Below are positions 10,623 to 19,929 of a stretch of 64,000 bases of DNA, piece by piece. The notes below the pieces were generated by a model. That model was not told the DNA's origin. It saw only the letters and a program-made list of their open reading frames with translations, and ran no database searches. The stretch's first letter is position 1. Every line of letters starts with the position of its first letter. This stretch comes from an uncultured bacterium. GTDB taxonomy: Bacteria > Verrucomicrobiota > Verrucomicrobiia > Verrucomicrobiales > DEV007. A program made the position numbers and the translations under genes. The DNA lies in contig CAXBMO010000019.1 in NCBI GenBank assembly GCA_963977015.1, positions 32,001 to 96,000 on the forward strand, given 5' to 3'.

Positions 10623-13559
10623 TTATTCCGCGACGTCAAACGTGGCGATTGGGGCTTCCTCCAGCTTGCTCGGATCGATCACGACATGGCGAACCTTGGT
10701 TCGATTCCACGTGTAGGTCATGTGGACGAGGCCGTCGCGGGTCTGGATCATGGCAGGATAGGAGAACTCTCCGCTCTCGGCTTTCTCAACCACCGCTGCG
10801 GCTTTCCAGTCCTTGCCGTCGCTGCTGATGGCGAGATTGATGACGTTGCGTTTTCCCCAGCCTTCCTTGCGGTGGGCGCCCTGGTGATTGTAGAGCAGGA
10901 GATGCCGGCCATCGCTCAGGGTCAGGGCTTCAATTCCGGAGTTGTTGTTCGGCAGGGAAGTCTCCTCCATTTCGCTCCAAGTGTTTCCCTGGTCGGTGGA
11001 AAAGCATTGGATGATCTTCTCGTGCTTGGAGCGGAAGAGCGCCTGGATCGTGCCGTCCGGATGCGTCAGCAGGGTTGGCTGAATGACTTCGAAGGGCTGG
11101 GTCTCCGGCTCGACCCGCTTCCAGGATTTGCCGAGTTCGGGCCGTTCGATGTCCGTGAGATGCTCAAAGTGGAAACGCCAGAGGTTGTCGTATTCCGTCG
11201 ATGAAGGGCAGAGGATCGTTCCGTTGGCAAGAACCAGTGCCTTGGACCGGACCGGGCCATGCATCTGTTCGGGCAGGCGGACGCGATCGCGAAAGGATCG
11301 TCCCCGATCATAGCTGTAAAGCACTTCGCCCCACCATCCGCGCGGATCGGGGCCGGCTTTGAAAAAGAGCATGAGCGGCGCGTCGCCGGGCGGTTGGAAA
11401 AGCACGGGGTTCCAACAAGGGTAACGCAGATCCTTATGCTGAACGCCGTCCGCGACAAGCCGGGGTGAACTCCAGCCCGCCCCATCGTGATAGCTGGACC
11501 AAATCCCCACGTCGGGATGCTTCTCCTTGGTTCCTCCAAACCAGGCGGCAACCAGGCCGCGCGTGGTTTCGACGAGCGTTGAGGCATGGCACTGGGGAAA
11601 CGAAGCCTTGTTGTAGATGAATGCTTCGCTGACCAAACCGGCAAATCGCGGGGGAGTGGGTGCTTTGGCGGGGCGCGCTTTCAGGGCTTCGGCGGGGTAG
11701 GCGATGCAGTCGTTGTGATGGATGAAATACAGCCTGCCGTTTTCCGCTCCGACAAGCAAGTCAGGCTTCCCGTCCTGGTCGAAGTCGCAAGCCGTCGGGC
11801 TGGAGGTGTGACCCGCCACGTTGCGTTTGGCGAGGTTCCCGATCTTCTTCAGAACCACCTTGCCATCGCGATCCTCGCAATTGCGATACCAGGCCGCGTT
11901 CTCCGAATTGACGAGCACGTCGAGCCGTCCGTCGCCATCCCAATCGACCACGTCCAGCTTGTAGCGGCCACTGCGACCCGCAGTATGCTCGTTGAGACGA
12001 ATCGGCTGGTTGTCTTCGTCGACGAAGATCCGGGTTTCGGTCCGGGCGCGGCTTTGGCAGGTGAGATAACCCTCCTGATCGAGAATCACGAGATCGAGCT
12101 TGCCGTCTCCATCGAAGTCCGTCGCCAGGGGCGTGGTTCGCCACTGCGTCTGCAGGTTCTCGGCAAGCGTCTGCCACCAGTAAAACGCGGGTGGCGATTC
12201 CTCGGTCCAGAACGAAAGTGGTTGTTCGGTCAGGCCATCCTCGGTGTTGCGGAGCAGCTGAATCCTCGGCCAGATCGAGTTGTAGAGGATGTCGTCCCGC
12301 CCGTCCTCATCCCAATCCGCGACCGAGAGCGTGGTGTAACCCCACTTGGCTTCGGCCGGGCCCTGGATCGAGCCGTTTTCGCCCGCGAGAACGCGAAACT
12401 CTTTCCCGTCGACTTCGAGCAGTTTGGGAGCGCTCCATTTCGTGCCTTTCCCGTCGAGATTCTCGAAGACGCTGATGTTTCCCGCGGTGTTGCCACAAAC
12501 GATATCCTCGTCGCCGTCGCCATCCCAATCATGAGCGTAAGGGGTGGCCAGGGCGCCGAATTTGAGCGTGTCGGCTTCCTGTTGGAAGTAGACCGGTTGG
12601 AGAAATTGCGGAATCCCGCCGACCGACTTCCCAGTGTGCTCGACCAACGCGACGCGCCCGTCTTCGTCGCCCACGATCAGATCGAAGTCGCCATCCTGAT
12701 CCCAATCGATCGCGGTCGGCGTGATCATCTGGAGATGAAGCACGAGCGGTTCTCCGTCGGCGCCCTTCAGCTTGAGGCCCGAGGCGTAAACCGGCACTTC
12801 CCGTGTCCCGATGTTCTGGAAGTAGGTGAAGCCATCGAGAAATTCGCCACAAAGCAGGTCGAGGTCGCCATCGCCGTCAAAGTCGGCGAAGTTCGGGCAG
12901 GGCCAACCGAAAACGTCGATCGGCGATCCGCCCGCGGTGAGTTTGACCGGATTCCCGGAGTATTTCCCCTCGTCGTTTTCGATGAGATAGACCCAACCGT
13001 GCAACGGTCCGTTTTTCCAGCGCCCTTGGCCGTCATAGGCGTGATCCCATTCATAGTCGCTCCAGTCGCCGATCCCCACGATGAGATCCTGATCGCCGTC
13101 GTTTTCCCAATCGACATAGCGCCACATTCTCCCGCGCGTCTTGCCGCTGTGAAACCTCGGCCGATCGTAAACCTTCGTTGTCTTGTCGAGGTTTCCCGCT
13201 TTGAATTCCAGATACTCCAGGTTCTCCTTGAGCACTTTCGGTTCGCCATCCACGTAGCTAACCTGAACGTTGTGCCCGGTTTTTCCCAGGTGGGCGCCTG
13301 GTTTGAAGACCGGCATTTTCACGCTCGGATCCTGGGTAGGGTTCTCGAAGAAATAGAACCCGTTGGACGGTTTGTCGGGACAGGAGACCACGAGATCGAG
13401 ATCGCCGTCGTCATCGTAATCCATCGGCAAGGGCCACGCCCAGAGCCCGACGCCGAGATCAACCTTGAGGCCGGGATGATTGTAACGCAGGGGTTCGAGA
13501 TCCTGGCCAAGAACGGTGGCGGCCAGGAACGGAAGCAGAAAAAGAAGTCGGCGATTCAT
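10623..13559 (-). CDS. Secreted FG-GAP/VCBS-repeat protein fused to a C-terminal BNR (sialidase-fold) domain
   Basis: Signal peptide; many DxDxDGxxD repeats; C-terminal CHASTL, Asp-boxes SYDRGRSF, STDQGNTW, SSDGKDW, and FSYP. Confidence 0.82.
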   Translation of the reverse strand: MNRRLLFLLPFLAATVLGQDLEPLRYNHPGLKVDLGVGLWAWPLPMDYDDDGDLDLVVSCPDKPSNGFYFFENPTQDPSVKMPVFKPGAHLGKTGHNVQVSYVDGEPKVLKENLEYLEFKAGNLDKTTKVYDRPRFHSGKTRGRMWRYVDWENDGDQDLIVGIGDWSDYEWDHAYDGQGRWKNGPLHGWVYLIENDEGKYSGNPVKLTAGGSPIDVFGWPCPNFADFDGDGDLDLLCGEFLDGFTYFQNIGTREVPVYASGLKLKGADGEPLVLHLQMITPTAIDWDQDGDFDLIVGDEDGRVALVEHTGKSVGGIPQFLQPVYFQQEADTLKFGALATPYAHDWDGDGDEDIVCGNTAGNISVFENLDGKGTKWSAPKLLEVDGKEFRVLAGENGSIQGPAEAKWGYTTLSVADWDEDGRDDILYNSIWPRIQLLRNTEDGLTEQPLSFWTEESPPAFYWWQTLAENLQTQWRTTPLATDFDGDGKLDLVILDQEGYLTCQSRARTETRIFVDEDNQPIRLNEHTAGRSGRYKLDVVDWDGDGRLDVLVNSENAAWYRNCEDRDGKVVLKKIGNLAKRNVAGHTSSPTACDFDQDGKPDLLVGAENGRLYFIHHNDCIAYPAEALKARPAKAPTPPRFAGLVSEAFIYNKASFPQCHASTLVETTRGLVAAWFGGTKEKHPDVGIWSSYHDGAGWSSPRLVADGVQHKDLRYPCWNPVLFQPPGDAPLMLFFKAGPDPRGWWGEVLYSYDRGRSFRDRVRLPEQMHGPVRSKALVLANGTILCPSSTEYDNLWRFHFEHLTDIERPELGKSWKRVEPETQPFEVIQPTLLTHPDGTIQALFRSKHEKIIQCFSTDQGNTWSEMEETSLPNNNSGIEALTLSDGRHLLLYNHQGAHRKEGWGKRNVINLAISSDGKDWKAAAVVEKAESGEFSYPAMIQTRDGLVHMTYTWNRTKVRHVVIDPSKLEEAPIATFDVAE

Positions 13560-13567
13560 CGCGGGGT

Positions 13568-14479
13568 TCAGGAGTTTTTGGGGTTGGGTTTGAGATCGTT
13601 GAGGATCGCCTCGACGAGACGTCGCTCCGGGGTTTTGAAGCGGTGAAAAGGTTCTGCCATGAAGTCGTCGCAGATTTCAAGAATGGAAAGCGCGCATTTG
13701 GTCGCTTTGATGTGGCGGGACGCATATTTGCCGATGTCGTAGGCGCGTTGCCAGGAATCGATCACCGCCTGTCTCGCTGCGAGCGTGGCTTCATCACCGG
13801 ATTTCGCCGCCTCAAATGCTTCGACAAACAGGCTCGGGAACACGTTCGCGCCACCGTTGACACCTCCATCGCCGCCAAGCCGCACGGCATCGGCGAGAAG
13901 ATGTTCCGGCCCCATGAAGAACGTCCAATCCGGTCGCTGTTGTCGCAACGTAACCAATTCGCCGAAATACTCGAGGTCGCCGCTGCTATCCTTCACGCCG
14001 ACAATCTTCTCGTGCTCGGTCAGGGCTCGGAGCGTGTCGATCTCGAACCAGACCTTGGTCAGGGCGGGCATGTTGTAGAGCATGAGCGGGAGCGGCAATT
14101 CGGGAACGAGATGCTCCACGTATTCGCTCAACTCAGTCTGGCCGGCCGGGAAGTAGTAGGGCGTCGTCACGACAAGGGCGTCGGCGCCGCAATCTGCGGC
14201 GGTCTTCGCAAGCGCCACCGATTCGACAAACGCGGTGTCGGTGATTCCAACGAGAACGGGAATCCGGCCCGCGACTTGTGCGCAGACTCGCTTGATCAGC
14301 TCCCGTCGCAGCGCGTATCCCAGGCTGGGCGCTTCGCCGGTCGTCCCGAGAATGAAAATCCCGCCAACGCCGCCCCCGATCACGTGCTCTAGGAGGCGTT
14401 CCAGCCCCTCATGATCGAGGCTGTCCCGATCCGACAGGGGTGTAACGAGTGGGGGGATGATTCCGTGGAGTTTTTTCAT
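13568..14479 (-). CDS. DapA/NanA-family class I aldolase (dihydrodipicolinate synthase family)
   Basis: [19 protein letters not shown], Schiff-base lysine in GVKDSSG. Confidence 0.88.
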   Translation of the reverse strand: MKKLHGIIPPLVTPLSDRDSLDHEGLERLLEHVIGGGVGGIFILGTTGEAPSLGYALRRELIKRVCAQVAGRIPVLVGITDTAFVESVALAKTAADCGADALVVTTPYYFPAGQTELSEYVEHLVPELPLPLMLYNMPALTKVWFEIDTLRALTEHEKIVGVKDSSGDLEYFGELVTLRQQRPDWTFFMGPEHLLADAVRLGGDGGVNGGANVFPSLFVEAFEAAKSGDEATLAARQAVIDSWQRAYDIGKYASRHIKATKCALSILEICDDFMAEPFHRFKTPERRLVEAILNDLKPNPKNS

Positions 14480-14537
14480 GGGGTTCGCAAATCGAATGGC
14501 GATCTTGAACGAAGAACGCGCTTGTTGCAGTCCTTAA

Positions 14538-15725
14538 TTGCGCCAAAGATGTCTTGTTTTGCGACAAGATCCCCCGAGCCAGCGTGTTGCCGTCCTCCTG
14601 AGCCAGGATCTGGGCTACTGTCGGCGCGTGCTTTCCGGAGTGCTCCGTTTTGCGGGAGAATCCCGCGACTGGCACTTTCGCGACGGTCCTCCCGACACCG
14701 AGCTTCTCCCCGCTTTGGCCAAGTGGCGCCCTCACGGAATCATCGTGCATCTCCACGATCGGCATTTGGCGGGCGGTCTCGCGCGTATTGGTTGTCCCGT
14801 CGTCAGCACGACCGACACGTTGACGTCGTTTGATCTTCCCCTCGTCGATGTCGACAACGTCGAGGTCGGGCGAGAAGCGGCGCGCTATCTGTTGCGGCGT
14901 GGATTCGGGGAGTTTGCTTACTTTGGAAGTAAGAATGCCAGGTTTTCCCGGCATCGCGAGCAGGGCTTTCGCGAGGTGCTCGCCGATTCCGGCTTTCCGG
15001 TTCATTCCCATCATGCGGAGTTTCTCCCCAAGCCACCCGGCGGCGATCCCTGGCGTTCGGTGGGGACTCGGGTTGATGAATGGCTCGCCACCTTGCCGAA
15101 ACCCATCGCCATTTTTTGCTCGAATGACTTGCCGGCCCGCCGCATTGCCGAGGCCTGCGAGCGTGGTGGGATCACCGTGCCGGATGAGATCGCCTTGCTC
15201 GGGGTCGACAACGATTCCTCAGAGTGTCGGCTGGCTTCCCCGCACCTTTCCAGCATCGATACCCCGGCTGAAGGGATTGGTTATGAGGCCGCGCGGATGC
15301 TCGCTGAACTGATGAATGGCGGCGCTCCATCGAAACGGCGCGTTTTCCTGCCGCCGCTCTATGTGGTGACGCGTTCGTCGACGGATCGTTGGGCCTGTTC
15401 CCATCCGGTCGTCGCCAAGGCGCTCGACTTCATTCGCGATCAAAGCGCCACCGGCATCGACGTGGATGCGGTCGCCAGTCACGCCGGAGTTTCCCGCCGC
15501 CAGTTGGAACGGCAATTCCGCCAGGAGCTGCATCGCTCCATCCTCACCGCGATTCACGAAGCCAAGGTCGCGCACGCTCGTGAACTGCTCGTCTCCACGG
15601 ACCTGCGCATGGCCGAGATCTCGGAACGCGCCGGATTCAGCTCCGCCAAACGTCTCCACGCCGTCTTTCACGCGCAGACCGGCTTCAGCCCGGCGGACTT
15701 TCGGCGACGCACTCACGCGAGGTGA
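14538..15725 (+). CDS. XylR-type transcriptional regulator (LacI-like sensor + AraC HTH)
   Basis: VDVDN, KPIAIFCSND, VPDEIALLGVDND; C-terminal AraC domain (SRRQLERQF, GFSS, SPADFRR); divergent from the aldolase operon. Start codon uncertain. Confidence 0.88.
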   Translation: MRQRCLVLRQDPPSQRVAVLLSQDLGYCRRVLSGVLRFAGESRDWHFRDGPPDTELLPALAKWRPHGIIVHLHDRHLAGGLARIGCPVVSTTDTLTSFDLPLVDVDNVEVGREAARYLLRRGFGEFAYFGSKNARFSRHREQGFREVLADSGFPVHSHHAEFLPKPPGGDPWRSVGTRVDEWLATLPKPIAIFCSNDLPARRIAEACERGGITVPDEIALLGVDNDSSECRLASPHLSSIDTPAEGIGYEAARMLAELMNGGAPSKRRVFLPPLYVVTRSSTDRWACSHPVVAKALDFIRDQSATGIDVDAVASHAGVSRRQLERQFRQELHRSILTAIHEAKVAHARELLVSTDLRMAEISERAGFSSAKRLHAVFHAQTGFSPADFRRRTHAR

Positions 15726-15739
15726 GCCTCGCTTCGCCG

Positions 15740-17011
15740 CTATTCGGAACCGAAGCAATAGAGATGCTCGACACCGCGCACAAGGAGTTTGCCGTTCACG
15801 GGAACCGGAGCCGCCGCCAACCGCTCACCCATCTCATTCTGGGAGAGCACCTCCATCGAGTCGTCGCTGATTTGCACGGTCGCGAGCACGCCGTCTTCCC
15901 GCGCACAGTAGAGAAGATCACCGGCGAGGATGGGTGACGAATAATACTTCGCCGCCGCCCTCGGGATGGCTCCGGTCCAGATGTCCTTGCCGGTCGTGGC
16001 TTCAATGCAGTGGATCTTGCCCCGATCAGTCAGCAAATACACTTTCCCGTCGCGCCCCACCGGAGTCGGGCAATCGGCGCCAACGTCTTCGCGTTCCCAA
16101 AGTCGACTCCCTTCCGTGATGTCCCCACTTCCGCCCATCTTCACGCCTGCGGTGAACTTCGTCCGCCCAAACGGGACGACCGCGATTCCCTCCGTAAACG
16201 CCGGCGAAGCGATCACGCGCCACATCGGTTTGTCGTCGGGGTTGAAGCCTCCGCAGGTCCAGATGATTTCTCCGTTCTCCGGATTGTGGCCCGTCAGGCG
16301 GTCCGCGCCCCAGACCACGATCGTCTCTTTGCCGTCGATCTCGGTGACGTAGGGAGTCGTGTAGGATTGTCCGGTCTCCTTCTGCACCTCATACGTGCGA
16401 TCGGCCTTCCAGACTTCGCTCCCATCTGCGGGATTCAGGGCAACCAGATAGGACTCGCCTTCCTGCATCACCGCGATGACGATGTTGCCACCGGCAAACA
16501 CCGGCGACGTTCCGAGATCCCACCACAGCGTGTCCTCGCCGTAACGTTCCTGCAGATTCGTCTTCCACTTCAGTTTTCCGTCGAGCGAAAACGAAGCCAC
16601 CGTGCCGCTCTTGTAATAGACGATCAGGTCCTCGCCATTGGTGATGGGGGAGGGGTTCGAGCCGCTACCGTTCTTGTGCTTTCCGGGACGCTCTTTCCCG
16701 AGTGTCTCCTGCCAGACTTGGTCGCCCTTCCAATTGTAAGCGGTGATTCCGTCTTCGCCGTTGATGCCGCTCGTCACGAAAATCTGGTCGCCCCACACAA
16801 TCGGGGTGCTGCTGCCCACGCCGGGCAACTTCACCTTCCACTGCACGTTCTTCTCCGGCGAAAACTCGGTTGGGTAGTCGCCGGGCGCCGCCAGACTCAG
16901 CCCGTCCGGGCCGCGCCACTGGGGCCAGTTGTCATTGGCGGAAGCATGCGAAAGGGGGAGTAAAATCCCCACAACAACTAGAATGGATTGGAATGGAAGC
17001 CTCGTGATCAT
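15740..17011 (-). CDS. PQQ-binding-like beta-propeller repeat protein (secreted)
   Basis: Signal peptide, NWPQWRGP, repeated SSP/GxxxW propeller motifs; a PVC-expanded family. Confidence 0.85.
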   Translation of the reverse strand: MITRLPFQSILVVVGILLPLSHASANDNWPQWRGPDGLSLAAPGDYPTEFSPEKNVQWKVKLPGVGSSTPIVWGDQIFVTSGINGEDGITAYNWKGDQVWQETLGKERPGKHKNGSGSNPSPITNGEDLIVYYKSGTVASFSLDGKLKWKTNLQERYGEDTLWWDLGTSPVFAGGNIVIAVMQEGESYLVALNPADGSEVWKADRTYEVQKETGQSYTTPYVTEIDGKETIVVWGADRLTGHNPENGEIIWTCGGFNPDDKPMWRVIASPAFTEGIAVVPFGRTKFTAGVKMGGSGDITEGSRLWEREDVGADCPTPVGRDGKVYLLTDRGKIHCIEATTGKDIWTGAIPRAAAKYYSSPILAGDLLYCAREDGVLATVQISDDSMEVLSQNEMGERLAAAPVPVNGKLLVRGVEHLYCFGSE

Positions 17012-17158
17012 TGCGCCATTCCGACAATCGCCATCGAATTCAGGTTCAAAAATGCCTGCGGAAGTGTGAGGAACCGCCGAAGCGCCCCGACTGCGGTTCC
17101 CTCCTCGCGGAAACTGATTGCGCGAGATGCCTGGAGCGGCAGGTTCTCAGTCCAATCC

Positions 17159-18574
17159 ATGAAACCCCACATTCTCGCCCTGATTCTCACCGTCAGCCTC
17201 GTGGTTGGCGGTTCGGCCTCCGCTGCCGAGAAACCCAACATCATCTACATCCTCGCTGACGATCTCGGGATCGGCGACGTCGGCTGCTACGGCCAGCAGC
17301 TCCTCAAAACGCCCCGCATCGATCAACTCGCCGCCGAGGGCATGCGCTTCACCGAGCACTACACCGGCTCCGCCATGTGCGCGCCCACCCGCAGCAGCCT
17401 CATGACCGGGCAACACACCGGACACACCCGCGTTCGCAAAAACGGACACGGCCCACTTTTCGATGAAGACGTCACCATCGCCGAGGTGCTCAAAACCGCA
17501 GGCTATCGCACCGGTGCCATCGGCAAATGGGGAATTGGCGAAGCCGACACCACCGGCGCGCCTTGGAAGCAGGGTTTCGATCTCTTTTTCGGCTATCTCA
17601 ACCAGAGCAGAGCTCACCACCACTACCCGTCCTACCTCTGGCGAAACGACGAAAAGGTCCTCTATCCCGAAAACCCGAAGAAACGCACCCACTACAGCCA
17701 CGACGAGTTTACCCGCGAAGCGATGGACTTCATTCGCGCGAGCCAGGACGAGCCTTTCTTCCTCTACCTGCCCTACACCCTCGTTCATGTTGATCTCGAT
17801 GTGCCTGACGAAGATCTCAAGCCGTGGATCGGCAGGATCGAGGAAACCAAGCCCTACGGCACTCCCGGCGGCCAGCACTACATCCATCAGGAAACTCCCC
17901 ATGCCGCTTTCGCCGGAATGGTGACCCGGCTCGACCGCGACATCGGCCGCATTGTCGACCTCGTTGATGAACTCGGGCTTGCCGAAAACACCCTCATCAT
18001 CTTCACTAGCGATAACGGACCCACCTCAGCCGGAGGTGCGGATCCGAGATTCTTCAATGGCAATGGCGACTATCGCGGCATCAAGTTTGAACTCTACGAT
18101 GGCGGCATTCGTTGTCCCATGATCGCGCGTTGGCCCGGCAAGATCGCCGAAGGAACCGAAACGGATCACCTTTCCGCCCACTGGGACGTCCTTCCCACCG
18201 TTGCCGAGCTCGCCGCCACCGCAACGCCGGACAAGATCGATGGCATCAGCTTTCTCCCCACTTTGCTCGGTAAAGAGCAGGCCCGGCAACACGACTACCT
18301 CTACTGGGAAACCAACGGGCGATCCGGCTGGCAAGCCCTCCGCAAAGGCAACTGGAAAGCGCACCTGCAATGGGTCGGCGCCCCGGACAAAACCACCTTC
18401 GAACTCTACAACCTCACCAACGACCTCGCCGAAGAAAAGGACATCTCCGCCGCCCACCCTGAAGTCTCCGAGGAATTGAAGCAACTCATGGCCGCCGCTC
18501 GTACCGTCCCCCAGGGCAATGCCGAAATCCTCGGATCTTCGCCCAAAAAGAAGAAGCCGAAAGCCGGCAAGTGA
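17159..18574 (+). CDS. Arylsulfatase-family sulfatase (Cys-type)
   Basis: Signal peptide, KPNIIYILADDLG, CAPTRSSLMTG, GKWG, FTSDNG. Confidence 0.92.
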   Translation: MKPHILALILTVSLVVGGSASAAEKPNIIYILADDLGIGDVGCYGQQLLKTPRIDQLAAEGMRFTEHYTGSAMCAPTRSSLMTGQHTGHTRVRKNGHGPLFDEDVTIAEVLKTAGYRTGAIGKWGIGEADTTGAPWKQGFDLFFGYLNQSRAHHHYPSYLWRNDEKVLYPENPKKRTHYSHDEFTREAMDFIRASQDEPFFLYLPYTLVHVDLDVPDEDLKPWIGRIEETKPYGTPGGQHYIHQETPHAAFAGMVTRLDRDIGRIVDLVDELGLAENTLIIFTSDNGPTSAGGADPRFFNGNGDYRGIKFELYDGGIRCPMIARWPGKIAEGTETDHLSAHWDVLPTVAELAATATPDKIDGISFLPTLLGKEQARQHDYLYWETNGRSGWQALRKGNWKAHLQWVGAPDKTTFELYNLTNDLAEEKDISAAHPEVSEELKQLMAAARTVPQGNAEILGSSPKKKKPKAGK

Positions 18575-18674
18575 CGCCAAATCAAGGAGGACCATCGACC
18601 GGCCATTTTGGCTCACCCACGTTTGGTCGATCCTCAATCACAGCAACGTTCGACAAAAACCCGAAGGCAGAAAA

Positions 18675-19205
18675 ATGAATCAGAATCCACAGATATTATC
18701 GCTTGTTATAGCTCTTGGACTTATTGGATGCGCAGATGATTCCCCGGAGGGGGCGAGCGACCCGAAGTCCGGGCCTCCCGTGGAAACGGTGACCCTGCAG
18801 TGCCGCCAGGGGGCGCTCACATCGTCATACTCCTTTGAGATGGGCAAGGCGACGTCCGGCCTGACCGATATCAACTTCTACTTCGATGGGGACGACTGTT
18901 CTGAGGGCGCATTGTTCGGCCGCAATGATACCACGGGCTACATATTTCCGGTCGGTCAAGGAACGTGGGACGAGCTCTCGTTGGACGATCTACCGCAGGA
19001 GAGTTCCGAATCGGTCATCGGCTTTCGACCCATGGCGAAGGACAAGGAAGGGCTTGCGTTCTGGGTGAAGACGAAGAGCGCCAGATTTGCGTTGGTTAGG
19101 ATCAAGAGTGTGCAACCAGCTGCCTTCCCTGATTTCGAATCGGGCAAAACGGCGCAAGTGGTCTTGGAATGGGCATGGGGACGTCCTGACAAAGGAACCG
19201 AATAG
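18675..19205 (+). CDS. Hypothetical lipoprotein
   Basis: Lipobox-like LGLIGC after a hydrophobic stretch; no family recognised. Confidence 0.6.
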   Translation: MNQNPQILSLVIALGLIGCADDSPEGASDPKSGPPVETVTLQCRQGALTSSYSFEMGKATSGLTDINFYFDGDDCSEGALFGRNDTTGYIFPVGQGTWDELSLDDLPQESSESVIGFRPMAKDKEGLAFWVKTKSARFALVRIKSVQPAAFPDFESGKTAQVVLEWAWGRPDKGTE

Positions 19206-19296
19206 AATACGCGGAGGCGAATCCCAAAGACAGCTTGGAGCGATCGATTGTGGAACGGACTCGTGCCTTCCCTTGCGGTTTCCTTTTTGGCGCTGG

Positions 19297-19902
19297 TTAG
19301 GAGGCGGATGCCAACCAATCCTTCAGCTTCGCCAAGGCCCGTCCCCGGTGGCTCATGCTGTTCTTAATCTCCGACGAGAGTTGGCCGAAGGTTTCGCAGT
19401 GGCCTTCGGGAATGAAGAGCGGGTCGTAACCAAAGCAGCCTTCGCCTTTTTCCTGATTCGCGAGGATGCCCTCGACGGCACCATCGAAGGTGGCGAGAAC
19501 CTGATTCTGGCTGGCGAGGGTGAGGACGCAACGAAAGCGGCCACTGCGCGCTTTTCCTTTGGCCCCGGTTTTGTCGAGTTCGACGAGGAGCTTTTTGCGG
19601 TTGGATTCGTTGGTCGCGTTTTCGCCGGAGTAGCGGGCGGAGTAGACGCCGGGCGCACCGTCCAGGGCATCGACTTCAAGCCCAGAGTCGTCGGCGATGA
19701 CGGTTGCTTCGGGCATGGCCTGGCTGGCGGCGAGGGCTTTGATGGCGGAATTTTCGTGGAAGGTGGTTCCGGTTTCCTCCGCGGGCTCAAGCTCGGGGAA
19801 GGCGGTCAGGTCCACGATTTCGTCGTAGAAGTCCGCAAGGATCTCGCGGAATTCCTCCGTTTTGTGGGTGTTGTGCGTGGCAACAATGAGCGTTTTGGAC
19901 AT
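19297..19902 (-). CDS. rdgB: Non-canonical purine NTP pyrophosphatase (RdgB/HAM1)
   Basis: ATHNTHK, ADDSGL, PGVYSARY, FGYDPLF, KNSMSHRGRA. Confidence 0.95.
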   Translation of the reverse strand: MSKTLIVATHNTHKTEEFREILADFYDEIVDLTAFPELEPAEETGTTFHENSAIKALAASQAMPEATVIADDSGLEVDALDGAPGVYSARYSGENATNESNRKKLLVELDKTGAKGKARSGRFRCVLTLASQNQVLATFDGAVEGILANQEKGEGCFGYDPLFIPEGHCETFGQLSSEIKNSMSHRGRALAKLKDWLASAS

Positions 19903-19929
19903 CGGCAGACCATGCTACATTCCTCCGAA

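Noticed and set aside
11586-13646. 686-aa plus-strand ORF (also 34897-36750, 41850-43268, 19933-21168 and similar long ORFs)
   Set aside because: Antisense shadows of well-supported genes, expected in GC-rich DNA; no protein motifs.
19087-19929. 281-codon N-terminal extension of the 1095-aa U32 ORF
   Set aside because: It is the antisense shadow of rdgB; U32 homology begins at ELLSPAG just after the ATG at 19930.
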